Shown here in pieces: positions 16,721 to 26,400 of a stretch of DNA of 64,000 nucleotides (its first letter is position 1; every line of letters starts with the position of its first letter). Location: the IMG/VR virus record IMGVR_UViG_3300021197_001279, positions 22,005-86,004 of that record; one strand, given 5' to 3'. The notes beneath the pieces were generated by a model. It saw only the letters and a program-made list of their open reading frames with translations. It did not search any database and was not told the DNA's origin. A program made the translations under genes and the position numbers. Source of the DNA: a virus.

Positions 16721-18641
16721 CTTGATTTCCCTTTGTTAAAGATTCAATTAAATTTTGAAGTTCTGCACTGGTATTAAATAGTTTTGTCTCTTCCAAAACA
16801 TCCACTGATTCTTGAACTACGCCACGAGCAAGAGAATCTAATCCGCCGAAGCCAACCTTTCCAGGAAATGTTTTGCGAGAAGTTCCAACTTCACCACTGG
16901 CCTGGTTTCTCATTTGCTTAGATAGTCCGCCTTTTCTATACGATGCCTGGTGACTCTTATAAGGCCCTCTTTTCTTAGGTCGATCATCTCTTTTAGCAGG
17001 AGGCGCTGCAAGAAGAGGGCTGTCATCCCCATCAGTGTCACCACCAGTGTCACCTCCGGTATCTCCAGCTGTAGGTGTTGCTGGTGTATCGTCGGTGTCC
17101 CCACCTCCTCCAAGATCACCAAGGCCAAGGTCTCCTCCGGTATCGCCACCTAAATCACCTAGTCCGCCACCGGCATCACCTGGTGCATCACCAGCACCTG
17201 CGGCTTCAAGACTAGCTAAGAACTTACGGTCATGATACATTTCTCTTTGCATCCGGATAAACTCATCCTCTGACAATCCAAGAAGGTTCTCGGCAACCCA
17301 ACGCTTAGAGAAGTACCCTTCGTTAGCGCCTTTAGCAACATCAAACTTTGTCTTCCAGTTTTCAAGTTCTTGCATCTCGGCAATCTTTGAAGGATTATTA
17401 AGAGATAGACTAAAGTTAAGAAGATCGTCTCCGCGATACCCTAGAGTGTAAAGATGGACAATTCCAATCTTTTCAAGTTCTGCGATTACAACCCTCTGAA
17501 GTCTTTGGATTGTTCTCGCGAATCTAATGTCTTTCTGAGCAAGGGTTGTCTTGTCCTCAGTTGCGCCCTCGCCCATAGACAAGTATGACTGGGGAACTTT
17601 CAGGGCAGAAAACAACTTATCGCGGAGATACTTAACGTCCTCGATCTGTGAGGTAAAAGTGCCACCAGGAAGGTTAGTAATGTCTGTAGAGGATTGTCCG
17701 CCTCTAATTGGTACAAAGTAGTCTTCTTCAATTGAAAGAGGGTTGTAACGTAAATCTACGCGGCCTGTGGTAGGGTCTACAACCTGGTGTCTTTTCATTT
17801 GGGTCATAACCTTTTGCATGTACTGCTCCACATCTTGTGGTGCGATTCCGCCAACGTCAATCTTAAATACACGACGATCAGTGGCACGAACAATTCGGTA
17901 TGCCATCATAGCATCTTCAAGAAGCGTTAACTGTCTCCAGATTCGCCGAGCCGGCTCAAGAACAGATGTACCATAAGGAGCATGTTTATCATGACCGAGA
18001 ACTCTGAAGTGAGCAACCTGCCAATTTTCCAGGGTCAAACCAGCGGTGTTCCATTGGAACTGAATGTAATTTGGATTTGTCTTATCCTCGCCCTCTAATC
18101 TCTCAATCTCTTGAGATGGGAGACCAATGCAGTTTGTAATACCACGCAAGTCGTCAATGTCCAAGTACAAGAACAAATCTCCATACTTACACATGGTACG
18201 TGCCCAACCAAATAGATTGTGTTCGATGTTCAGTGTGTCACGATACAAAGAGTCAAGAACAAACTTTATCTCTTCATTAGCACACTTAATGTGCATCATT
18301 GGGGTAAGGGTCGAATGGGTTGTCATCTCGTCTGCATAGATGTCAAGCGAAGAAGCAATCTCTGGTGTGTATTCCATCTGGTCAAAATCTACGTAACGTT
18401 CAGAACGATTACGGTTAGAGATCATGTTAACCGTGGTGACATTCATCGGGTTGTATTCTGACTTCTTAAATTGTTGACCTGAGGCTGACCTGAATCTTGA
18501 AGCGTACATATCCAAATGTCTTCTTCTTAATTGTCTTCCAGACTGTGTTCTTCGCCTAACAAGAGGCCCAGAGAATACTTTTGTCAATGACTTGAACAAA
18601 TCATTTTGATTATTGTTTGGGTTTCTATCGTTCTTTGCCAT
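16707..18641 (-). CDS. Portal protein (T4 gp20-like)
   Basis: PEIASSLDIYADE, PYGTSVLEPARRIWRQLTLLEDAMMAYRIVRA.DRRVFKIDVG, EDYFVPIRG, LPGG, ALKVP. Confidence 0.93.
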   Translation of the reverse strand: MAKNDRNPNNNQNDLFKSLTKVFSGPLVRRRTQSGRQLRRRHLDMYASRFRSASGQQFKKSEYNPMNVTTVNMISNRNRSERYVDFDQMEYTPEIASSLDIYADEMTTHSTLTPMMHIKCANEEIKFVLDSLYRDTLNIEHNLFGWARTMCKYGDLFLYLDIDDLRGITNCIGLPSQEIERLEGEDKTNPNYIQFQWNTAGLTLENWQVAHFRVLGHDKHAPYGTSVLEPARRIWRQLTLLEDAMMAYRIVRATDRRVFKIDVGGIAPQDVEQYMQKVMTQMKRHQVVDPTTGRVDLRYNPLSIEEDYFVPIRGGQSSTDITNLPGGTFTSQIEDVKYLRDKLFSALKVPQSYLSMGEGATEDKTTLAQKDIRFARTIQRLQRVVIAELEKIGIVHLYTLGYRGDDLLNFSLSLNNPSKIAEMQELENWKTKFDVAKGANEGYFSKRWVAENLLGLSEDEFIRMQREMYHDRKFLASLEAAGAGDAPGDAGGGLGDLGGDTGGDLGLGDLGGGGDTDDTPATPTAGDTGGDTGGDTDGDDSPLLAAPPAKRDDRPKKRGPYKSHQASYRKGGLSKQMRNQASGEVGTSRKTFPGKVGFGGLDSLARGVVQESVDVLEETKLFNTSAELQNLIESLTKGNQDETQ

Positions 18642-18644
18642 TTT

Positions 18645-20228
18645 TTATCCTTTGTAAATCCAGAAAAATTCTTTTGCTTGCTTTATCTCTTCTTCATACT
18701 TTTGAGAAAATGATTGAGAATATCCTTGCTGTCCTCTAATCTGTGTATTCATTCTTGTCTCTGACTTCATTATGCCACCAAGCATAGCTTTTTTGTATTC
18801 GACCTCCACTTGGTTGGCCTGCAGGGCTGTGTCTCGAACCCAACAACCAATTGCTAATGCCATAACTAGATCGTCATGATAAGAACGCATGGCTTGGGGT
18901 TTGCCGTTATGCCAAATAAAAGTCTTTAATTCGTGAAATAACCTCGTAGAGTGTATACTAATTAGTTTGTTTCTGATGAACTCTTCTAATTTTGCTACAA
19001 TAAGGGGCCTTGTTTTTGTTGAAGTAGTAAATCCAGGCACTGCTCTATCATCATAAGCACCTTTGTATGCTTCAACATATTCATGAGTTCCCTTTATTGA
19101 GTAGTACAAGTTTGGATAAGCAAGGTCCTTTAGTTTTTCCAAAACAGAGATCCCAATACCGTTGTTCTCAACAACAAGCAGACAATCTCCATACTCTTTA
19201 CCTGCATCAAACAGGATCTGTGAGTAGAGGTCTAACGATGGCTTACCTTGATACTCAGCAACAATAGACATGTTATCAACACGTATTACGTGAAAAACAG
19301 ATGAGTCCTGACCATCGCCCCTCGCAACGTCCGCTACCAAGAGATAAGATGCTTCCTCAATGTGCTTCTCCCAAATCCAAAAGTTTCTATCGTGTCCTGT
19401 TCTATAGATTGGATCTTGCTGGCATTCGAACAACCACTGCATGTCATCAGGGTGAACTACAGTATCACCGGATGTATTGAAGTTACACTCTAACTCCTGT
19501 GCAATTTGTCTTCGAGACATGTTCTTTGTCTCTTTCTCAAACCATTCTTGGTTCCTATCGGGATGCACATCCCAGGGTAAATTAATTGGGTGAAAATCGT
19601 TCTCTTCTGACTCTGCATCAACGTAAGTCTTGTGGAACCAATTTCCTACCCCATTTGGGGTTGACAATGCGATACAACGTCCACCAGTTGACAAGGTAGG
19701 GTAAAGACCGGTCCATAGATCTTCCAGGCCGTCTACGTGCGCTGCCTCGTCTATAACGAGCAGTGATAATGCTTCCGAACGACCAGCATCACCAGAGGTG
19801 GTTCCTGCTTTAATTTGTGATCCGTTATTAAGTTCAAATGCTGTCCTATTGTCAACAGAGATTTTTGCAATCTTGATAAAGTCTGGTAGATTGTTTGTAA
19901 TTGCCTTTACTTTCTTTACAAGGTTTGCTGCTGTCTGAAACTTGGTTGCGATGACAAGAATGTTCTTGTCTCGATGAAACATCATAAACCAGACAATGTA
20001 CCCGGCAGAGATTGTCGAGATACCTAACTGTCTGGCTTTCAGAATGATGTTGAAACGATAATCGTTAAAATCCTTAAGCAGGTCCTTCTGGTAGTCGTAA
20101 GTCTTGAATGGAATCAAGCCGTGCATAGGATGAGAAATGCGACAGTAGTTATCAATGAAGTATTGAGGACTCTTGCCGCATCTAATTATCTCTTGAACTT
20201 TTTCGTTTTTGGAAAGTTTATAACCCAT
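18645..20228 (-). CDS. terL: Terminase large subunit (gp17-like)
   Basis: KARQLGIST Walker A, LLVIDEAAH Walker B, STPNG coupling motif, ADVARG and HDDLVMA nuclease motifs. Confidence 0.95.
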   Translation of the reverse strand: MGYKLSKNEKVQEIIRCGKSPQYFIDNYCRISHPMHGLIPFKTYDYQKDLLKDFNDYRFNIILKARQLGISTISAGYIVWFMMFHRDKNILVIATKFQTAANLVKKVKAITNNLPDFIKIAKISVDNRTAFELNNGSQIKAGTTSGDAGRSEALSLLVIDEAAHVDGLEDLWTGLYPTLSTGGRCIALSTPNGVGNWFHKTYVDAESEENDFHPINLPWDVHPDRNQEWFEKETKNMSRRQIAQELECNFNTSGDTVVHPDDMQWLFECQQDPIYRTGHDRNFWIWEKHIEEASYLLVADVARGDGQDSSVFHVIRVDNMSIVAEYQGKPSLDLYSQILFDAGKEYGDCLLVVENNGIGISVLEKLKDLAYPNLYYSIKGTHEYVEAYKGAYDDRAVPGFTTSTKTRPLIVAKLEEFIRNKLISIHSTRLFHELKTFIWHNGKPQAMRSYHDDLVMALAIGCWVRDTALQANQVEVEYKKAMLGGIMKSETRMNTQIRGQQGYSQSFSQKYEEEIKQAKEFFWIYKG

Positions 20229-20237
20229 TTAATCCTT

Positions 20238-20714
20238 TTATAGATTTCCCTGTTGCTTCAGGAGGTTTTGTATTTCTTTAACAAGCGAATCCGAAATGTC
20301 TTCTTCTAGTTCCTCTGGTTCATCAGGAATAGCGGCAAGAGATGCTTCAACTGCTTCCGGATCATTACGCATTAAATCAACCGAGCGTGGAGTCTGCCCA
20401 GGGAAAAGAAGTGGGTTTCGGAGAATAAGCGCCTTAAAGACATCAGATAATTCTGGATCTATCTGTGAGATCTTTTCAAAGTCCATGTCCATCTGAGCCG
20501 TGTCTCTACCGCCGTTGTAACGTGCGAATAATTCTGCAAAGGCCGCTTGAGAACCTAAATCAAAACCAAGACCAGGCTGATTGTCCAGGACATCATCAGC
20601 GCTAATGTCTTCGATACCAGCGCCAACAGGCTCGGCATGCTCTTCTTCTTTAATTCTCTGATACTCTTCTTTGACGATTTGGTCAAGTCTTTCTTTTGTA
20701 ATCTTAAGTTTCAT
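20238..20714 (-). CDS. Hypothetical acidic protein with head-targeting-like N-terminus
   Basis: MKLKITKERLDQIVKEEY; GAGG SD. Confidence 0.6.
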   Translation of the reverse strand: MKLKITKERLDQIVKEEYQRIKEEEHAEPVGAGIEDISADDVLDNQPGLGFDLGSQAAFAELFARYNGGRDTAQMDMDFEKISQIDPELSDVFKALILRNPLLFPGQTPRSVDLMRNDPEAVEASLAAIPDEPEELEEDISDSLVKEIQNLLKQQGNL

Positions 20715-21253
20715 TGTTCGGTTCCTCTTGTATCATTTGAAGGTCTCTTATCAGAGAATTGTTCTAAAAATTTTCTTGTGACATCACGTTCAGTGTCTTC
20801 AGAAGGCTGGAGGATTGGATCTGACTTCATTCCTGAGATTGTGTAGTGTTGGTATGCCTGAACGAAAGTTCGAACACGAGAGGTGCTTTGTACGAGGATT
20901 TGAGGCTGTCCCTTGGCAGACAAGCGAACAGAGTTTCCTGTAAGTGCCTTATATTCTCTTTGAAGGAACTTCTTGATCTCATTAAGCATTCTGGCGATTT
21001 CTTGGTCGTACTTTGGATCTTTAACATCCTCAAGACGAGTATCGCTTTGATAATTAATAATCATTGAGTTTCCGTAGAACTTTACAGAAAAACCATCGTT
21101 AACTCTTTTATCAATAATTGGATGCCCTTGCTCTCGATTAAGGCCAACTTTTCTTGCTTGACCGTCAAGAGAGTATCTCTCATCATGTGCGCCATCGTAG
21201 GCGTTTGCGGCTGCTTGAGCAAGCCCTTGAACAATTTCGTATGTTGAACTCAT
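20711..21253 (-). CDS. Hypothetical protein
   Basis: 180-aa ORF with ATGA overlaps on both sides. Confidence 0.65.
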   Translation of the reverse strand: MSSTYEIVQGLAQAAANAYDGAHDERYSLDGQARKVGLNREQGHPIIDKRVNDGFSVKFYGNSMIINYQSDTRLEDVKDPKYDQEIARMLNEIKKFLQREYKALTGNSVRLSAKGQPQILVQSTSRVRTFVQAYQHYTISGMKSDPILQPSEDTERDVTRKFLEQFSDKRPSNDTRGTEQ

Positions 21254-21624
21254 TTATTTGGTCTCCATCCCGTTTTCCATCTTTCTTCTCTGCCCTCGAC
21301 CCATTGTATGTAACATTCTTCGCAACATTCAAATTTGGTCATGTACACATCATCATTTGATTTAAACGAATAAGTATTACAAACTGGGCAAGAGCGCTTG
21401 GACTCTTCTTTAACTAGTTTTCTCGGAATAAAAACGCCTTCGACCTCTACTTTGTCATAGTCTTCTAACGTCTCTCTCACGTAAGTTTCTTTGAGTCCGG
21501 CAACGTACTGTTGTTCTTTTTCGTTGTCCCATAATGATTTTGGGTTTACAACAGTATCTTTGCCATACTTTTTTGCTATCGCTTGCTCTATCTTAACAGC
21601 GTAGTTTGGATCTTTATTGGGCAC
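21250..21624 (-). CDS. Hypothetical zinc-finger protein (start revised to GTG, MPNKDP)
   Basis: CPVC...CCEEC; GAGGTGA SD before GTG 21624. Confidence 0.6.
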   Translation of the reverse strand: MPNKDPNYAVKIEQAIAKKYGKDTVVNPKSLWDNEKEQQYVAGLKETYVRETLEDYDKVEVEGVFIPRKLVKEESKRSCPVCNTYSFKSNDDVYMTKFECCEECYIQWVEGREERWKTGWRPNK

Positions 21625-22045
21625 TCTCACCTCTCTCTTGCCAATCGTAAGAAATAGTGTCCTCCTCAATCGGGCCGCCTTTTGCCCATGTTCTGCATGA
21701 GCGTGCGCTATGACACTTAAAATGATGCATCCAGCAATAACCTAAACGACCATCGTCATCAGAAGTAACACCGGGCATACAGTCATCCATCCTTGGACTA
21801 ATGTCAAAAGCAACACAATTGCCGCAATTTGATTTTTTAGCGGCTTTCTCAGTTGTGTTCCAGTACTCAGCAATGTCTTTCCAGTAATCACCTGGCTCTT
21901 CTACATTAAGAGGGCCGTACTGGATGTGTTCTGCTTTGATTGAAGCATCACGATTCTTTGTGTTTAACTCCAAATCCTGTGTTGCCTCAGGGCATGCAAA
22001 TCCCATAAGTTGCTTCATTGCTTTGATAATTCTAATTTTAATCAT
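21614..22045 (-). CDS. Cys-rich, HiPIP-like metal-binding protein (start revised to MIKIRII)
   Basis: CGNC..F-...-GYC-x12-C..W pattern; ATGA overlap with the upstream gene. Confidence 0.55.
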   Translation of the reverse strand: MIKIRIIKAMKQLMGFACPEATQDLELNTKNRDASIKAEHIQYGPLNVEEPGDYWKDIAEYWNTTEKAAKKSNCGNCVAFDISPRMDDCMPGVTSDDDGRLGYCWMHHFKCHSARSCRTWAKGGPIEEDTISYDWQERGESAQ

Positions 22046-22440
22046 TGTATGTTTTTCGCTGCGTAATAAGTCGCAATCGATGCTCCTGTTCCTATTCCGA
22101 AACCTGCTAAAAACCAACCAATTGTGCGGTATGGGCTTTGTTGTTTCTGTAGTATTTCTATTTCTTCATCTCGCAAACCAATTAAAGTCTCGCTTTTCTT
22201 CTTTTCAATTTCAAGTTCTGCCTTTACGTATTCCATCTCTAAAGCATGTTGAGCAGCAAGAGTCTTCCCTTGGTACTGTAAAGAAATTTGGCACTGCTCT
22301 TGCAACTCTTCGTTGCTAGCAATTAAATTAACAACTGCTTCGTCGTTGAATAGTCTACCATCAATAGGGGCAGGATCACCCTTCTTTATAGTATAACTCA
22401 AAGGCTCAGCAATTGCAAGCGAAAAAAACAAAAAAATCAT
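22042..22440 (-). CDS. Exported coiled-coil protein with C-terminal membrane anchor (spanin-like?)
   Basis: Short signal peptide ending AIA, heptad region, C-terminal IGWFLAGFGIGTGASIATYYAA. Confidence 0.5.
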   Translation of the reverse strand: MIFLFFSLAIAEPLSYTIKKGDPAPIDGRLFNDEAVVNLIASNEELQEQCQISLQYQGKTLAAQHALEMEYVKAELEIEKKKSETLIGLRDEEIEILQKQQSPYRTIGWFLAGFGIGTGASIATYYAAKNIQ

Positions 22441-22820
22441 TTATTTTTAATCCCAAATTCTTTGTAGAGTATGTCGTCAATAACTTTTGGGTCATGACTG
22501 TTCTCTATCAACAGTTCCTTAACCCGCTCTGCTCGTCTTTTCTTTAACTCGTCACGAGATTCGTGCATCTGTCTGTCCGCAACTGCAATTGCTTTCTTGT
22601 ACTTCTCTTGCGCTTTTTGCTTAAGATCATCTTCTTCAGCATCTAGATTTTTTAGAGCCTTGCGTTCTTTTTTATACAACTCTCTTGTTGACTTAAGTTG
22701 TTCCTTGGCAGCAGCAGTTCTTCTGTTTCCGGCAAGAAATGCAATTAAGATGGATGCACCAATGACCAGCACTTTCCAATTGTGTTTACACCACAGTTTA
22801 AATGCTGGCCACCAGGTCAT
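22437..22820 (-). CDS. N-terminally anchored coiled-coil protein (i-spanin-like); start revised to MTWW
   Basis: TM segment VLVIGASILIAFLAG followed by a long charged helix; TAATG overlap with the holin-like gene. Confidence 0.5.
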   Translation of the reverse strand: MTWWPAFKLWCKHNWKVLVIGASILIAFLAGNRRTAAAKEQLKSTRELYKKERKALKNLDAEEDDLKQKAQEKYKKAIAVADRQMHESRDELKKRRAERVKELLIENSHDPKVIDDILYKEFGIKNK

Positions 22821-23098
22821 TATCCATGTCTCCAAGTCTTAGCAAGGTCAATGGCAGATTGTCCGCCGATGTACATCATTGCAATAAGACCCCAGGTATC
22901 CGGGTCAAGAGTTGACCAGATCATAAGAGCGGTTGCAACACCAAACACAAGAAGCTTTCTTGAGATTAGTTTTTCTTGAACCCCATCAAGGATTCCTTTC
23001 TCTGGGTCATCAAGGTGCAACTGAGCAGCAACACTTTCGCAATCGATGCTTTCAACGACAGCTTCTACTCTGTCTATTACTTCTTCTTTTAAATCCAT
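22820..23098 (-). CDS. Holin-like membrane protein
   Basis: KLISRKLLVF followed by two short TM segments (…YIGGQSAID). Confidence 0.55.
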   Translation of the reverse strand: MDLKEEVIDRVEAVVESIDCESVAAQLHLDDPEKGILDGVQEKLISRKLLVFGVATALMIWSTLDPDTWGLIAMMYIGGQSAIDLAKTWRHG

Positions 23099-23101
23099 TT
23101 T

Positions 23102-23422
23102 TTACTTCTCCTCTTCGAGTTTTCTAAGTCTTTCAATCTCTCTTTTAAGTTCTTTAGAAATAGGAGGTGTCTTTTTACCATCATCCATTAATCTCATGAA
23201 CATCCGAGCAGTACTGGTAAGTTTAGCGGCAGCTTTTTCCTCTGGTGTTTTTCCAGCAGAGCGAGGTGTCCCCATTCTTCCGAGTCCTTTTGCACCTGAC
23301 TGAGCATCAGCCTTTCGTTTAGCATACTCCTCATCGCTTTCACCTTTGGCCCTGTAGACCTCACCCATTGCATCAAGTTCTTCTAAGATCATCTTTACTA
23401 ATCTTTCTTCTGTAAGTTTCAT
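23102..23422 (-). CDS. Hypothetical basic protein with head-targeting-like N-terminus (start revised to MKLTEER)
   Basis: MKLTEERLVKMILEEL; GGAG SD. Confidence 0.6.
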   Translation of the reverse strand: MKLTEERLVKMILEELDAMGEVYRAKGESDEEYAKRKADAQSGAKGLGRMGTPRSAGKTPEEKAAAKLTSTARMFMRLMDDGKKTPPISKELKREIERLRKLEEEK

Positions 23423-23441
23423 TTTTTTGTCTCCATAAAGC

Positions 23442-23473
23442 AAAAAACCTATCTAGATTTTACTCTAAATAGG
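23442..23473 (-). terminator. Intrinsic terminator of the early island, containing a late promoter motif
   Basis: CCTATTTAGA-GTAAAA-TCTAGATAGG 10-bp stem followed by TTTTTTGCTTT. Confidence 0.7.
23466..23472 (-). promoter_or_regulatory. Putative late promoter CTATTTA (in the 5' arm of the terminator)
   Basis: Exact motif at the head of the lysis/packaging/head gene run. Confidence 0.6.
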
Positions 23474-23481
23474 CTTCAAGT

Positions 23482-26400
23482 TTAGATTTGGACGTGTGCG
23501 TATCCGTCTTTCTTCTGTATGTCAATTGTCATATCAACAACGTCTTTGAGAGTTTCGAGGTGTGAAATCAACAGAACCGTCTTAAATTGTGACTTAATCA
23601 TTTGAAGAAGTCTGATAAAACCGTCCATGTGTTCTGCATCCAATGCCGTTGCCGGTTCGTCAAGAATAAACAATTCCGATTTTGGAAGATTGGTTATCGA
23701 GATTAGACCTAAGCGAATAGCCATCGAAGCAATTGTCTTTTCTGCTCCGGAACCCATCGATAAAGGTCGAGGATCGTATTTTGGATGTTTAATGTAGATT
23801 TCAAGTTTGCTGCCAACGTTATCAAAGAATACTTCAAAGTCAACAATACTGTTTAGAATCTTTGCAATCTCTGAGTTGATGACTGATAGCATTGACCTGA
23901 TAACTCTATAAGAAACCCCATTGGGATGCATTGCCTGGATGAAAAGATCGTATGCAATGTAATCTCTCTCATAAGTTTGAATCTCTGCTAGTTTTGCTTC
24001 TGCCTCCTTTATTTGTTGTCGGGTTGCCCCTTCTTCAGATACAAGACCCATTGTCTTCTTTTCGCACCGAGTGAGATCACGAGTCTTGTTTTCAATCATT
24101 GCCCTGACAGATCTAACGTCTCTTTTTAGAGAATCAATGTTATCAAATGCTTCTTGGTTTTCATAGTAGTGATCTTTCTTCTTTCTTAGTTCTCTAATCT
24201 CTGACTTAACGAGTTGCTTTGTTGCTTGCCACATTTGAATTTGAGTTGTGATCTTTTGGATCTTGGCCTCAAAGTCTGACTTTTGCTCTTCAAAGCTGAC
24301 AAGTTGTTCGCGTTGCTGCGTTATGGTATCAAAGTCAAGTGCTTCCATTTCGGACTCTAAGAATGCAATCTCATCTTGTAGATTACTAATTTGCGCTTCA
24401 ATAGCTGGGGCATCTGCCTTTGCTTTGTTAGCATCCTTAACAAACTTGTTGTCAGAACAAAATCTACAATTAGGATCGTATTCGTGATCATGCAGCATAG
24501 CAATCTTTTTATTTAGATTACGCAACTTGGTTTCTTTTGGCCTAAGATCGAGTGTCATCTGTTCATGTTCGTACAGTAATTCTTTATGCTTTTGAACTAA
24601 AACATCCAATCTAGATAATTCTTCTGGGTCAATCTTGGATACTACATCTTCAAGTTTTGTTTGAAACTCAGTACGAGAGATTCCCATTAATTTAATTTTA
24701 CCAACAAGATTAGATTTCTCTCTTGTCTTTTCCTCCAGGTCAGTTTCAATCTGAGTTATGTCAATCCACCCATCTTCTACGGAACGAAGCTGGTCTTCGA
24801 TGAGGTCCGATTCTTCTTCCAGTTCCTTTATTCTTGCTTTAAGTTTCTCGCATAAACCAGACTGTTGCGCTATCTCTTCTAAAATTTCTTCTAGCGCCTC
24901 TTGTCCATGAACCAGTTTCTTATGCCAATCAATGGTACTAAGGTGTTTAATAATACCCTTAAGTTCCGCAGAGTCTTTCTTGGCGAGTTTATGTTTCTCT
25001 TCAAACATCTGTAGATCAAGGAATTTAGCCAGAATCTCTTTACGCTTTGTAGACCCCTCGTTAATGAAGCCTAGAGAATCAAGTTGGGAGGACATAGAGG
25101 TGATCATGAAATCTTCAAAGGTACCAAATGCTCTTCTGATGTTCAGGTCTGTCTCATTACGAGTTGTGCCATTCTTGCTTTCTGCCATCGTTCCAAGAGC
25201 ATACTTGGTAAAGTCTAGGTCTGTTTTTGCTTCTTTTGTTACAGTACCTTTGCTCTTCTTCTCATAGGATTCAAGGGAGCGAGTGATTTTGAATGTGTCG
25301 TTCCCTACCCCTATTTCAAGCTGTACCCTGGCCCTGTCTTTGTTCTGGTTAATAAGGTGGACATTCTTCCTTTCAGTCTTTGAAGTTGTATTGAACATCC
25401 CAAAAAGAACAGAGTCAATGATACTTGACTTTCCAGAGTAGTTCTTTCCAAAGATACCTACAAGCCCGTTGAGTTTAGTGAAATCAAGTTCATTTTTCTC
25501 TCCATAGTTAAACAAGTTGTTCCACTTCATCTTTCGAAGCTTCCAAATAATGTTTCTGGAGATATCTTCACTTGTTTCAATTTGCTTGTTATAGTTGGAG
25601 TTTAATTCAATAATCCTATCCAAAACATCATCAGTGATTTCTTTATCACCCAAGAATTCTTTAATGTACTTCTCTTGTGTATTTGGGTCTCGCATGTTGA
25701 TAATCTTGCTGTCTGGATTATCTCCATCCAAGCCCAGACCAGAATAGCCTGCCTTGTTGACGAAATTGACCGTATAGGCACTCCATTTGGTTCGGGCATA
25801 GTCACAGGCCCTACGCAACTTTGCTAGCGGTAGATTGTAATGTGAGACCAATCTGAGCCTAGCGTTCCTTGGGACATCAGCCTTTGGTAAAGTACCATCT
25901 TGATTAATCTGAACTGTTACAAATGGTCGTGGCGACATAAACAGTCTTGGTTCAACTTTAAACTTCTTTTTGCCTCGAATGTCCCATAGCAAATAACCTT
26001 TGAGGAGAGATTCTCCAAAGTTCTGTTGTACTGTTGATCCGGCGTACCAAATACGACCTTCTTCATCAAGCTTTTGTTTTCTGTGGATATCTCCGAGCAT
26101 AGCATAATCAAACTCATCAAAAATGTTGATTGAATCTTCACCGCTTTCTAGAGTGAACCCGTCCGAGATCTTGCAGCCACGAATCGCTCCATGATAAAGG
26201 GCAATGTTAATCCTAGACTTGCTGCTCGGAGCCATCCAGTTATCTCGGTCAAATACCGAAAGAACATTAAGGGTTATCTTTTTTCCCAATCTTGTTTCCC
26301 CAGAATTCTTCAAAAGGTGTAAGTTGGGGTGCCCAAGGGTTTCTATAATTGGCGTTATTGCATCCTGTCTATTATCGTTCTTTAGGTTACCATCGTGGTT

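Noticed and set aside
17020-17200. GC-rich short repeats near the portal 3' end
   Set aside because: They encode a low-complexity Gly/Asp tail, not a DNA repeat element
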